64,000 nucleotides of DNA, taken from assembly GCA_964503885.1 (NCBI GenBank), contig CAZDCD010000008.1, forward strand, positions 82,088-146,087. The letters run 5' to 3'. Position 1 is the stretch's first letter. The number at the start of each line of letters is the position of its first letter. This stretch comes from an uncultured Bacteroidales bacterium (GTDB lineage Bacteria > Bacteroidota > Bacteroidia > Bacteroidales > UBA10428). Both the position numbers and the translations under genes were made by a program. The notes below the pieces were generated by a model, which was not told where the DNA came from, searched no databases, and saw only the letters and a program-made list of their open reading frames with translations. This document shows, piece by piece, positions 10,543 through 20,409 of the stretch.

Positions 10543-11558
10543 AATAGCAGTTCACCATCGTTAACCCTTGATTTTCCCAGATGTTTGTATGCAATATCCG
10601 TAGCTTCTCTGCCTCTCGGGGTTCTTTTTATAAATCCTTCTTTAATTAAAAAAGGTTCGTATACCTCTTCTATGGTTCCGGGATCTTCACCAACAGCTGT
10701 GGATATAGTATTCAGTCCTACCGGTCCTCCCTTGAACTTTTCTATAATTGTCATCAGTATCTTATTATCCATCTCATCCAACCCTTTTGTATCAATATTT
10801 AATGATTCAAGGGCAAATTTGGCAATATCAAGATCAATGATTCCTTTTCCTTTTACCTGCGCAAAATCCCGAACTCTTCTTAACAATGAATTCGCAATAC
10901 GTGGTGTGCCACGTGATCTTGATGAAATTTCAACCGCAGCCACATCTTCAATTTCAATATTCAGTATATCAGCAGATCGGAGTATTATCTCTTGAATAAC
11001 AATCTGATCGTAATATTCAAGGTGTGAATTAATTCCAAATCTTGAACGCAATGGACTTGTCAGCAATCCGGCTCTTGTCGTGGCCCCTATTAGTGTAAAC
11101 GGATTCAAGGTTAGTTGTACCGATCTTGCTCCCGGACCACGATCTATCAGTAAATCAATCTTATAATCTTCCATAGCCGAGTATAAAAATTCTTCAACCA
11201 CAGGACTTAACCTGTGTATTTCATCAATAAAAAGCACATCATACTTTTCCAGGTTCGTAAGAACACCTGCCAGATCACCAGCCTTTTCAAGTACAGGGCC
11301 AGAAGTTGTTTTTATGTTTGCCCTAAGTTCCCTGGATATAATGTTAGCCAATGTAGTTTTGCCAAGTCCCGGAGGCCCAGAGAGTAAAATATGATCAAGC
11401 GCTTCCTCCCGCATTTTTGCAGCCTGGACGAAAACCTTAAGATTTTCCACAATTTTATCTTGTCCTCTGAAATCTTTGAAGGAAAGAGGCCTTAGTTTTT
11501 TATCAATTTCCTGTTCAAGCTGTGATACTTGGTTTTCTCGCGGATCAAAGTCTGCCAT
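10539..11558 (-). CDS. ruvB: Holliday junction DNA helicase RuvB
   Basis: [42 protein letters not shown]. Confidence 0.98.
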   Translation of the reverse strand: MADFDPRENQVSQLEQEIDKKLRPLSFKDFRGQDKIVENLKVFVQAAKMREEALDHILLSGPPGLGKTTLANIISRELRANIKTTSGPVLEKAGDLAGVLTNLEKYDVLFIDEIHRLSPVVEEFLYSAMEDYKIDLLIDRGPGARSVQLTLNPFTLIGATTRAGLLTSPLRSRFGINSHLEYYDQIVIQEIILRSADILNIEIEDVAAVEISSRSRGTPRIANSLLRRVRDFAQVKGKGIIDLDIAKFALESLNIDTKGLDEMDNKILMTIIEKFKGGPVGLNTISTAVGEDPGTIEEVYEPFLIKEGFIKRTPRGREATDIAYKHLGKSRVNDGELLF

Positions 11559-11568
11559 ACTGATATGG

Positions 11569-13131
11569 TTATAACAATGGAGATTCGTTTATGCCAATCT
11601 TTTCGCCGTTAATCCTTACTTCTTCATTATCTTTATAACTAATAGTGATTATCAGGTTTCCTGCCTCATCATACTTCTTCCAGTTTTTTTCCTTAATACC
11701 CTGAATATAATATTGTTCTTCCTTCAAATTTCCGTCGGCATAATAATATTTATGTTTACCATCAGGATTTCCCTGAATATAATTCCCTTCAAATTCCAAT
11801 ACATCATTATCGTATAAATATTTCCACTTCCCGTCTCGAAGTCCATTTACATAAGCCCCTATTTCTTTATGATCATTAACAAAATAGTACCAGTCTCCTT
11901 CCTTTTCTCCATCGAAGAATTCTCCCTTCGCAATAATATTTTCTGCCTCATCATATTCCACAGACAATCCTTCCTCAACTCCGTTATAATATTCTTCCTC
12001 TTTTCGAACTTTACCGTCATCGTAGTACCAGGTCCAGGTTCCGCTATATTTACCGTTTTTATATTCTCCCGATTGTTCTCTTTTTCCGTTTCCATAAAAA
12101 AAGTTCCACTCTCCGGTTTCCAGATTATTTTGATATTTTCCTTCAGATCTAAGTGTTCCCGTATCATAAAAATATTTCCATTTTCCTTCCTTTTTTCCAT
12201 CCTTATCAACAATGCCAACAGCTATCCTGATTCCATTTTCATTGTATATTTCAGAACCTATGACTTCTCCTTCATTGTCAAATGTTCTGTGTATACCTAC
12301 AGGAATGTTGTTTTTGTAAGTACCACTAAAAATCAAAAATCCTTCATCATTATACTTGTTTCTTACTTCCACACTATCTTCATTATTACTTTCATCTTCA
12401 GCGAGCTTGTCATTTTTATAATTCAGCACTAATGAAAGTTCTCCCTGACTGTTGTATTCTTTATAATTCCCATCCATTAGACCCTTTGAATAATTTATTT
12501 CTCGTCTAACTAAATAATTATCATCAAATTCCAACCATTTCCCCTCTTTTCGATTCTCCTCATCAAATCTGTTTATTTTTATTCGTTCTGCAAGTATGCC
12601 TTTGCTATAGATCAGAATAGTAATCACAATTCCATCTTCGTTATACTCATATACATTTCCATCGATTTTATTATCATTGTATTCCTCCACCCTTCTTAAG
12701 GTACCATTATTATAATACTGGTAAGCCTTTCCTTCTTTTTTATCATTTACATACAATATCCTAGATACTATATTTCCAATATATTCAGGCTTATCGTTTC
12801 TATTGCCATTGTATGTGTATGTATATCCGTTTCGCTTACCGTACAAATAATTGATTTTTTCCACGGTATCTCCATACACCGAATAAAATACCCAGGTACT
12901 GTCCAGAAGAAAATTTGTTCTCTTTCCTTCTGCTTTCAGAGTACCACTTAAATGATAAGTTTTCCAGAAACCATCTGGTTTACCGTTTCTCATGTATCCT
13001 TCACTTGAAATAATACCGTTTTTATAATAAAAAATGTTGTAACCGTTTGGATTTATAGTATCCTGGCTGTTAACGCGTAAAAACATAAAACAGGTCAAGA
13101 ATAATATGTTATAGATTATGTATTTTTTCAT
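11569..13131 (-). CDS. Exported MORN-variant repeat protein (YwqK-like)
   Basis: Signal peptide followed by many ~23-aa repeats of the type GxWkyyYxnGxlxxEGxYxxG. Confidence 0.8.
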   Translation of the reverse strand: MKKYIIYNILFLTCFMFLRVNSQDTINPNGYNIFYYKNGIISSEGYMRNGKPDGFWKTYHLSGTLKAEGKRTNFLLDSTWVFYSVYGDTVEKINYLYGKRNGYTYTYNGNRNDKPEYIGNIVSRILYVNDKKEGKAYQYYNNGTLRRVEEYNDNKIDGNVYEYNEDGIVITILIYSKGILAERIKINRFDEENRKEGKWLEFDDNYLVRREINYSKGLMDGNYKEYNSQGELSLVLNYKNDKLAEDESNNEDSVEVRNKYNDEGFLIFSGTYKNNIPVGIHRTFDNEGEVIGSEIYNENGIRIAVGIVDKDGKKEGKWKYFYDTGTLRSEGKYQNNLETGEWNFFYGNGKREQSGEYKNGKYSGTWTWYYDDGKVRKEEEYYNGVEEGLSVEYDEAENIIAKGEFFDGEKEGDWYYFVNDHKEIGAYVNGLRDGKWKYLYDNDVLEFEGNYIQGNPDGKHKYYYADGNLKEEQYYIQGIKEKNWKKYDEAGNLIITISYKDNEEVRINGEKIGINESPLL

Positions 13132-14119
13132 TTTTATTTCCTGCTGAAATATCCAACATTCTTTTAATTGGTGAATAGGCTTTTCTTATCAATTCATCAT
13201 TCAGTAAAATTTCAGGTCCTTCATATTTTAACGCCAGATATATTTTTTCTATTGTGTTTAATTTCATAAAATTACAATCATTGCATCCGCATGTTGAATC
13301 TTTAGGTGGTGCAGGAATAAATGTTTTTTCCGGACAAACCTTTTTCATTTGATGAAGTATTCCTGATTCGGTTGCAACGATGAATTTTTCTGCTTCATCT
13401 TTTTGAACAAATTTCAACAAAGCGGAAGTTGATCCTATATAATCAGAAACGATCAAAACTGGTTTTTCGCATTCAGGATGAGCAATTATTTTAGCATCCT
13501 TATTTTCATGTTTAATTTCCAATATTCTTTCCAGTGAAAATTTTTCATGTACATGACAGGCGCCATTCCATATCACCATTTCTCTTCCTGTAACAGACTT
13601 TATATAATTTCCCAAATTCTTATCCGGAGCAAAAATTATTCCCTTTTCATTTTTCACACTATTTACTATATTCATGGCATTTGAAGAAGTGCATATTATA
13701 TCAGAAAATGCCTTTATCTCAGCGGTTGTATTTATATAACTTATTACTATATGATCGGGATAATTCCCTATAAAACTGCTAAATTCATCTGTTGGACATG
13801 ATTCTGCAAGCGAACATCCTGCATACAGATCAGGTATCAACACCCTTTTTGAAGGATTTATAATTTTTACGGTTTCAGCCATAAAGTGAACTCCAGCCAT
13901 AAGTATAACATCAGCCTTTGTTTTTTCAGCATATTGCGCTAATGCTAGACTGTCACCTACAAAATCAGCTATGTCCTGAATGTTACTTTCCTGGTAATAA
14001 TGAGATAATATTACTGCATTCTTATTCCTGCGAAGAATTTCTATCTCCTTTTGTATATCTGTATTTTTATCAATCTTCTTTTGAAAAAATCCATATTTTA
14101 ACAGATTGTCTTTATTCAT
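13109..14119 (-). CDS. nadA: Quinolinate synthase A
   Basis: ILSHYYQ, GDSLALA, GVHFMAET, AGCSLA, SYINT, CHVHE, AHPEC, CNFMKLN. Confidence 0.97.
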   Translation of the reverse strand: MNKDNLLKYGFFQKKIDKNTDIQKEIEILRRNKNAVILSHYYQESNIQDIADFVGDSLALAQYAEKTKADVILMAGVHFMAETVKIINPSKRVLIPDLYAGCSLAESCPTDEFSSFIGNYPDHIVISYINTTAEIKAFSDIICTSSNAMNIVNSVKNEKGIIFAPDKNLGNYIKSVTGREMVIWNGACHVHEKFSLERILEIKHENKDAKIIAHPECEKPVLIVSDYIGSTSALLKFVQKDEAEKFIVATESGILHQMKKVCPEKTFIPAPPKDSTCGCNDCNFMKLNTIEKIYLALKYEGPEILLNDELIRKAYSPIKRMLDISAGNKNEKIHNL

Positions 14120-14555
14120 ATATATTATTGATTATAAAAATATAATTAATGATGTAATTACGCGGTTAATTTTGTTAAAAAAAAATATCCTTTAAAATTG
14201 ACATTTACGTTATTAAAAGTTTATGAAGAATTTATGAACAGCAAAAATAATATATTTTAATTGATATACAGGCAATTACTTTATTTTTAACATGTTGTTA
14301 ATTCGTCCTGTCATGTAAAAATACTTAGAAAAATAGTGACAATTGATTGTTTAAATGGTGTTTATTTTTTAAAGTTAAAACTGCCGTGATTAATTTTGAA
14401 ATTTTCAGATAATTTATATACAACCGACTTATAGAAAAAATCAATGTTTTTTTATGAATACTTATAAAATGAATTAACAAAGAATCAACATAGTCTTGTT
14501 GAAAATATAGGTATCAAAATGCATTACACGCTAAATATTTTATCTTTGTTGAAAA
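14120..14555. other. Candidate chromosomal replication origin (oriC)
   Basis: Very AT-rich spacer between divergent nadA and rpiB. DnaA-box-like 9-mers of type TTWTNAACA/TTWTNNACA at 14173-14181 (rc TTTTTAACA), 14232-14240 (TTATGAACA), 14284-14292 (TTTTTAACA), 14414-14422 (TTATATACA), 14497-14505 and 14547-14555 (both rc TTTTCAACA). Gene orientation and G/C bias change here; parS pair 14 kb away. Confidence 0.6.
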
Positions 14556-14563
14556 GATTAAAT

Positions 14564-14998
14564 ATGAAGATAGGACTGGCAGCTGATCATGCAGGATTTG
14601 AATACAAGGAAAAATTGAAAAAATACCTTATTGATAAAGGATTCACTGTGGAGGATTTTGGTACTGATAGTGCTGAAAGTTGTGATTATGCTGATTTCGC
14701 CCATCCTATGGCATATTCTGTTGAATCGGGTAACAATGAATTTGGTATTTCGTTATGCGGAAGCGGCAACGGCATAAATATGACGGTTAACAAACACAAG
14801 AAAATTCGTTCGGCATTATGCTGGAATACTAAAATTGCAGACCTCGCGCGGCGGCATAATGATGCAAATGTTTGTGCATTACCGGCCAGGTTTATTTCTT
14901 ACAGGATGGTAAGAAAAATTGTTGATATATTTTTACATACTCCTTTCGATGAAGGAAGGCACAGGCGAAGGATAGAGAAAATACCTATCAAATCATAA
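14564..14998 (+). CDS. rpiB: Ribose 5-phosphate isomerase B
   Basis: AADHAGF, CDYADFA, CGSGNG, ARRHNDANV, FDEGRHRRR. Start moved to ATG 14564 (MKIGLAA), downstream of a TATCTTTG -7 element at 14541-14548. Confidence 0.96.
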   Translation: MKIGLAADHAGFEYKEKLKKYLIDKGFTVEDFGTDSAESCDYADFAHPMAYSVESGNNEFGISLCGSGNGINMTVNKHKKIRSALCWNTKIADLARRHNDANVCALPARFISYRMVRKIVDIFLHTPFDEGRHRRRIEKIPIKS

Positions 14999-15000
14999 GT

Positions 15001-15435
15001 ATGTTATCAAACACAAGTAAATACGCGATCAGAGCAGTTATTTACCTGGCCCTGGAAGCAGCCGGAAATAAAAAAGTGAGTATCAGGAAAATAGGAAGTG
15101 ATTTGCATATACCAGCTCCGTTCCTGGGTAAGATATTACAGTCACTTGCCAAACATAAACTTCTTACCTCTACAAAGGGACCTCACGGAGGTTTCGGAAT
15201 CGCTAAAGATCCTGATCAGATTACCTTATTCGATGTAGTGAATATCATTGAGGGTAATGATTTGTTTGAAAAATGCCTGATATCGATGCGGAATTGTCAT
15301 GAAGATATGAAGCCCTGTCCGCTGCATGATAGCTACGAGCTGATCAGAAACAATATCAGGGAGATGTTCAAAACACAGACTATAAAAAATCTAACACAAA
15401 ATATTGAAGGGGCGGCAGAAAGATTTATTATCTAA
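15001..15435 (+). CDS. Rrf2-family transcriptional regulator with Cys-rich C-terminus
   Basis: SKYAIRAV, FLGKILQSL, STKGPHGGF winged helix; CLISMRNCHEDMKPCPLH (3 Cys). Confidence 0.9.
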   Translation: MLSNTSKYAIRAVIYLALEAAGNKKVSIRKIGSDLHIPAPFLGKILQSLAKHKLLTSTKGPHGGFGIAKDPDQITLFDVVNIIEGNDLFEKCLISMRNCHEDMKPCPLHDSYELIRNNIREMFKTQTIKNLTQNIEGAAERFII

Positions 15436-15793
15436 GGATAACCAGTCTATATGCCAGCATTCCGGACACTGATCCTGCAGTATCGACCATAAAATCAAAA
15501 ATACTTCCTGTTCTGCCCGGTACAAACATATGCTGAATTATTTCTGTTGACATACCTGTAAAAAGGGTAATAATGACCACCAGGGTAAGTACACCTCTTA
15601 ATCCGGAACTGGGATTATTATTTAACAGATCAAGCATAAGCAGGTATGAAAAAACAAGGAATAATCCAAAATGCACTAATTTGTCGGCATGGTTAAAGAA
15701 CTGGAAGGAGTTTAAGGAGCTACCTGAAAATATAGTCAAGTAAAGGATAAGGCCAATCCATAACAATGTTTTCCAGAATCTGATAAGTGTCAT
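15428..15793 (-). CDS. VanZ-family membrane protein
   Basis: DKLVHFGLF, TEIIQH, RTGSIFDFMVDTAG. Confidence 0.85.
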   Translation of the reverse strand: MTLIRFWKTLLWIGLILYLTIFSGSSLNSFQFFNHADKLVHFGLFLVFSYLLMLDLLNNNPSSGLRGVLTLVVIITLFTGMSTEIIQHMFVPGRTGSIFDFMVDTAGSVSGMLAYRLVILR

Positions 15794-16028
15794 TCTATTT
15801 TAATTATCTGAATTACAACAATAAATTTACTAATTTGTTAATTTTTACTCAATTTTTGGTAAATTGTAAAGGTCATATATTTTCATGATTTTCCGGTAGT
15901 GCTGAAGATAAAGAATAAATCAAATTCTTATCAGATCAGTTTGCATACCGACTGGTTTTTGACACATTAATTTAACCATGCAATACCGGGAAAGTTTCAG
16001 TGCGTAAATACAATACTATTAGCAATAC

Positions 16029-19000
16029 ATGCTGAAAGGAAAAATGTCACCCGTGGAAATGATTTCCTTTATTCGAGGAGCTAAGATCAACACCTGGTTT
16101 GATCTTGGCATTTATATCGACTGGATACGTGAAAACAGAGCTACTCCGGCAATTGAATTTTCAGGCAGCTATCATGAGTTTCTTGCTCAAGAGCTTCAAC
16201 ATGGTCTCGCTTTCATCACTTTCCAGTTTTCAGTAGATGGTGTAAGTATTGAAATTGAAAAGTATGCAAAGGTTTTTCGGGAACTGATTGACGGGGTGAA
16301 GATTCATTATATAGCCGGAAAATTCTATCCCGATTCAAAAAGGAATATTCATAGTGACACGTACAAATTTGAACTTCGGGAAATTCAGGGTTTCGACAAA
16401 TGGAAATATTACCGGGATTTTTATTTTACACGGCTGGAAAGGGGAGGAGCCAGGTATAATCGACTGATCAGTGATCTGTGGCGGGATGTACTTATCATTA
16501 CGGAAAAGCTTGCCCATTATATTTACGAGCATAAAATCAATCTTCTTTTTATGGTAAATGTATGTTCCAATCCGGGAAATATTTCATTGGCTCTGGCGCT
16601 TGTTCTTATCTCTGAACTCATGGGAATTCCGGTGATCAACAATAATCATGATTTTTACTGGGAAGGTGGCAATAATCCGGCAGAAATTGAATCCAAAGGG
16701 TTAAAACCCGGACCCAGAGATTTCTTTTTCACCAATTATCATATCGGAGAGATCTTCTCACTGATTGAAATATTATTTCCCTGGGAGTCACGATCGTGGA
16801 TAAATGTCAATATCAATTGCAGTCAGTCAAAGCACCTGATCGAAAAGAAAGGGCATAATCCCGCGAATGTCACCGAGATTTGTACAGCGGTTGATACGGA
16901 TAAATTTGTCAATATCAGCAAAAGAAATAAGATAAATGCGTTTTTTCAGTTTGAAAAAATTCTGAGCCGTTATGGTAAAACATTGATCAGTTATTCAGTA
17001 GCCGATGTGATAAACAATAAACTGGTGGATCAAAAGGATCCCCGGCCTATTTTGATTGGACTGAAAACCCAGCCGCTGGTGAAGTTTTTAACCGAAAATA
17101 TTATTTTTCTTCAACCCACCAGGGTTATTTCAAGAAAGAAAATAGAGCTTGGATTTAAGTTAATCAGGCACTTGTTCGGCAATTCAAGCTTCACCGACAG
17201 GTTTAAACACACACCAAATCTCAAGGTTACGATTCTGGTTACCGGCCCGATAGCATCAGGGCATTTTGATTATTTTCATAAACTGATTTCCGATTTTGCC
17301 AGTTTGCTTAAATCGCTTGATGTTTCTTTGCGTGAGCGTGTTTTTCTGGCATTTTTATACAGTGAACTTGATAAAGAAAACTTTAAAAACAGGTTTAAAG
17401 AACCTGTTGGAATTCCGGAACTTTACAATATTTCCTCGCTGGTGCTGCTTCCGAGCAGAACAGAAGGACGCGGGCTTCCGATTATAGAAGCATCTGCTTG
17501 CGGAACACCCATATTGTGCAGACGGTATTTTCCCGAAAACGTTTATTCAGAAGTAATAGGGGAGCAATTGCCTGAAAATGAACGGCTGAAAGTATTGGAA
17601 TTCAACGGGAAAAAAATAACTGCAAAACATGCATTCAAGGTTCTTGAACGGGTGTTGTTTCCGCATAAATTTACCCATGAGGTTCTTCATAACAAAATGG
17701 CAGTCCAAAAAAGATTTAGCCTTAAGGCATTAACAAAAAATATTGAAGACATTTTGCTGCAGACTTATCACCAGGTAAAAAGGAATGAAAATTCCATGCG
17801 GATTACAGGTGAAATGGTAAGAAAGTATCTTACCCTTAATAATCAGGAGATTCCGTTATTATATACCATACTGAAAACAGATAATAGACAGTATCTGGCA
17901 GGCTACGGAAAGTTAAAGTACATGCTAAACTTAAAATCCCTGATCGATCCGAGTGCATTCAGGAACGAAGAACAACAAATCAAGGGATATATTTTCTCAT
18001 ATGCCCAATCGCTGGTAAAAAAAGGGAATACCAAATTACTTAAACGAATTCACATATTTTATAATGCAGTCGCCAATATTTTTATCTATCGGAAAGGAAA
18101 AGTGAAAATCCGTCATGATCATTCCTTTGCATACAGGCACAGGAATGAAAACCATTATCCTTACCAGGAGTTTACCCTTCAGGAATTGACAGGGCTTGTT
18201 AACATGCTGTATATTAGATTAGTCGGAAATCATCCTTCAAGAAGGATTGATGAGAGTTCACATTTTTTTACCGACTGGGATCTTGCGTTGGGACAAATGA
18301 CATCGAGCATTTATATTGCGATTGACGACCGCAAGATACTGATCAATAAAATGCAGTCGAATGTACCCGTTGGAATTTTCCCAGGAGATTATGTGAAATA
18401 TGAGCTTGAATTTTTTGCATTGCAGGCAATACGCTCAAGATTAAAACTAAAGATCGAAGATGAGTTGACGGAAGATATGATACTGGAACATCGCGATACT
18501 CTTGCTAAAATTTATTTATTTGCCCAGTCAGTTACGATAGGACGCTGGTTTAATGTGGATGAGATAAAGGAGTATATTGAGCATGGGCATGAAAATGAAT
18601 TATTTCTGTTATATAAACACGGAGTACTAAGAATTATTGAGACCCACCAGTGGTGCCTGGGTATCCATTTTTGCCAGATCGGCGAAAATGCACTGAAGGC
18701 CCTGAATGCCATTCATGAGCAGGATGGTTTTATCATTTCAAGCAGAATCGATGCCGCCATGATGACCGATATTGTAGATCTCGATAAATTTCATATCGGA
18801 CAAGCCGGCGATCCGGTTACGGCCAGCATGATGGGTATCGACAAGGGTGCCGGCTATATTCAATTTGTACCTGCAGGTATCAGAACCACACTGGCGTATC
18901 CCACACCTGTGCAAACTGCCAGGGACTTTCACAAGACACTTCACAGTGAATCATTCAGGAAGTTCGAATTAAAATATGGTGAAAAATACCTGTTTGATTT

Positions 19001-20207
19001 CATAAAAAAGGAATCGGAAGAGAATGGAACACCTGTAAATCAAATTCTTAGAATGATCAATGATGACAAGTCAGAAATTTCGCCGATTGATAACGGGTTT
19101 ATAAACGGACTGTATGAAGATGGAAATCCTTACAGCGGAGCATACGCCAAAGTTCGCATGCACAAAAACAACGGAAAATGGATTTTCAGGACCATTTCAA
19201 CAATGTCCAGACCTATGCAGGTTACCGAATTTGTTAAAAATTTCGAATTTACCAGCGGCAATTCAGTAAATATAGCCTGGAACGGAGGGTATATTCTAAA
19301 TAATGAGCTTGTTGGAAAGCTGGGTTTACCAGAATCATATATTGGTTCACCGTTAGGATTGCTTATTTCTGAGGGTATTTTACTGTGTCCGCCTTTATTC
19401 AATAAAGCAGCCATGCTTGTTGGTGCCGATAGCAAGGTGACAATACGAAAAGTCAATGTAAGAAAAGGAATCATAATCCGATGCAAAGATACGATTCTGA
19501 AAATGAGTGCTGAGCAGTATAATTTGCCCTCTCCGCCTGAAGGAGTCCCATGTTATTATGATCTGCTTTTTCCGGGGAATGAACTCGTTTCGAAAAACAG
19601 GGTAATCATCAGGCTTGCAGGCAACAAAATTAAAGAAGTCATATGGCCGCAGAATTCGAACTATGTGCGGATTATACCGGTCGGATTAACCCTATCCCTT
19701 CCTCTTGATCAGGTTCATGATGATCTGCTAAAGATCGAGGAGGAAATTATCATTGAGGTTTCAGGACTTGAAAATATCGTTCATGCTACCGGAGCCGGTC
19801 CCTTGCTTGTAAACAACGGAAGAATCTCTATCAATATGAAAGATGAAGGGTGGATGAGTGTAAACTCCATCAATACTCAGGCTGCCAGAATTGATTATAC
19901 CAACATGAGGGGACCAAAGATTGCTGCCGGAATTGATGATCAGGGAAATATTATTGTATTGGCTATCAATGGCAGAATTCGTGAATCTGTTGGAGCAACT
20001 CATCACGAGATGGCAGAAATTCTAATCGGAATGGGTGTTCAATCTGCAATGGGTTTTGATCCCGGAGGGAGCAGTACCCTCGTGGCTAATCATGAAGTAT
20101 TGAACATATCTCCATATAATCCCGATTACGATAAAAATATATATGCATTGCCACCACAGCCACGAGCTGTATCAAATGCAATCCTCGGCTATTTTAAGCA
20201 TAAGTAA
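16029..20207 (+). CDS. Large fusion protein: MggS-like GT4 glycosyltransferase, uncharacterised middle domain, and C-terminal NAGPA-like phosphodiester glycosidase domain
   Basis: N-terminal VDGVSIEIEK, NHDFYWEG, QPTRVISRK, SRTEGRGLPIIEA (GT4 ExxGxxxxEA). C-terminal NGGYILN, GAGPLLVNNG, GPKIAAG, AINGR...SVGAT, GFDPGGSSTL (compare NAGPA LDGGGSS). Start could be a downstream Met. Confidence 0.8.
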   Translation: MLKGKMSPVEMISFIRGAKINTWFDLGIYIDWIRENRATPAIEFSGSYHEFLAQELQHGLAFITFQFSVDGVSIEIEKYAKVFRELIDGVKIHYIAGKFYPDSKRNIHSDTYKFELREIQGFDKWKYYRDFYFTRLERGGARYNRLISDLWRDVLIITEKLAHYIYEHKINLLFMVNVCSNPGNISLALALVLISELMGIPVINNNHDFYWEGGNNPAEIESKGLKPGPRDFFFTNYHIGEIFSLIEILFPWESRSWINVNINCSQSKHLIEKKGHNPANVTEICTAVDTDKFVNISKRNKINAFFQFEKILSRYGKTLISYSVADVINNKLVDQKDPRPILIGLKTQPLVKFLTENIIFLQPTRVISRKKIELGFKLIRHLFGNSSFTDRFKHTPNLKVTILVTGPIASGHFDYFHKLISDFASLLKSLDVSLRERVFLAFLYSELDKENFKNRFKEPVGIPELYNISSLVLLPSRTEGRGLPIIEASACGTPILCRRYFPENVYSEVIGEQLPENERLKVLEFNGKKITAKHAFKVLERVLFPHKFTHEVLHNKMAVQKRFSLKALTKNIEDILLQTYHQVKRNENSMRITGEMVRKYLTLNNQEIPLLYTILKTDNRQYLAGYGKLKYMLNLKSLIDPSAFRNEEQQIKGYIFSYAQSLVKKGNTKLLKRIHIFYNAVANIFIYRKGKVKIRHDHSFAYRHRNENHYPYQEFTLQELTGLVNMLYIRLVGNHPSRRIDESSHFFTDWDLALGQMTSSIYIAIDDRKILINKMQSNVPVGIFPGDYVKYELEFFALQAIRSRLKLKIEDELTEDMILEHRDTLAKIYLFAQSVTIGRWFNVDEIKEYIEHGHENELFLLYKHGVLRIIETHQWCLGIHFCQIGENALKALNAIHEQDGFIISSRIDAAMMTDIVDLDKFHIGQAGDPVTASMMGIDKGAGYIQFVPAGIRTTLAYPTPVQTARDFHKTLHSESFRKFELKYGEKYLFDFIKKESEENGTPVNQILRMINDDKSEISPIDNGFINGLYEDGNPYSGAYAKVRMHKNNGKWIFRTISTMSRPMQVTEFVKNFEFTSGNSVNIAWNGGYILNNELVGKLGLPESYIGSPLGLLISEGILLCPPLFNKAAMLVGADSKVTIRKVNVRKGIIIRCKDTILKMSAEQYNLPSPPEGVPCYYDLLFPGNELVSKNRVIIRLAGNKIKEVIWPQNSNYVRIIPVGLTLSLPLDQVHDDLLKIEEEIIIEVSGLENIVHATGAGPLLVNNGRISINMKDEGWMSVNSINTQAARIDYTNMRGPKIAAGIDDQGNIIVLAINGRIRESVGATHHEMAEILIGMGVQSAMGFDPGGSSTLVANHEVLNISPYNPDYDKNIYALPPQPRAVSNAILGYFKHK

Positions 20208-20253
20208 TTTATGCAACCCATATGCATTCATCCGGATACTTGCAGGATTGCTC

Positions 20254-20292
20254 TAAAAAAATACCCCCGTCCAATTCATGAACAGGGGTATT
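20254..20292 (-). terminator. Probable intrinsic terminator downstream of the receiver-only gene
   Basis: AATACCCC (20260-20267) pairs with GGGGTATT (20285-20292). The adjacent A run gives a U tract on the minus strand. Confidence 0.5.
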
Positions 20293-20409
20293 ACAACACA
20301 ATTAATCCGCACTAATCAAAGACTCTGTAAAAGATGTACTAAAATATACATTTTTTTTATAATATTTAATAAAATCTATTCTTTCTTTTTCCCGGAAACC
20401 TGATATTTA

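Noticed and set aside
11569-13131. MORN/YwqK-like repeat protein as a toxin-antitoxin immunity gene
   Set aside because: No adjacent toxin; it sits between nadA and ruvB; the repeats are protein-level only.
1-14500. AT-rich left arm as a horizontally acquired island
   Set aside because: It consists of core genes with no integrase, tRNA site or flanking repeats.
14519-14563. N-terminal extension of RpiB (MHYTLNIL...)
   Set aside because: It overlaps the -7 promoter element and a DnaA-box-like site; homologs begin at MKIG-type sequences.
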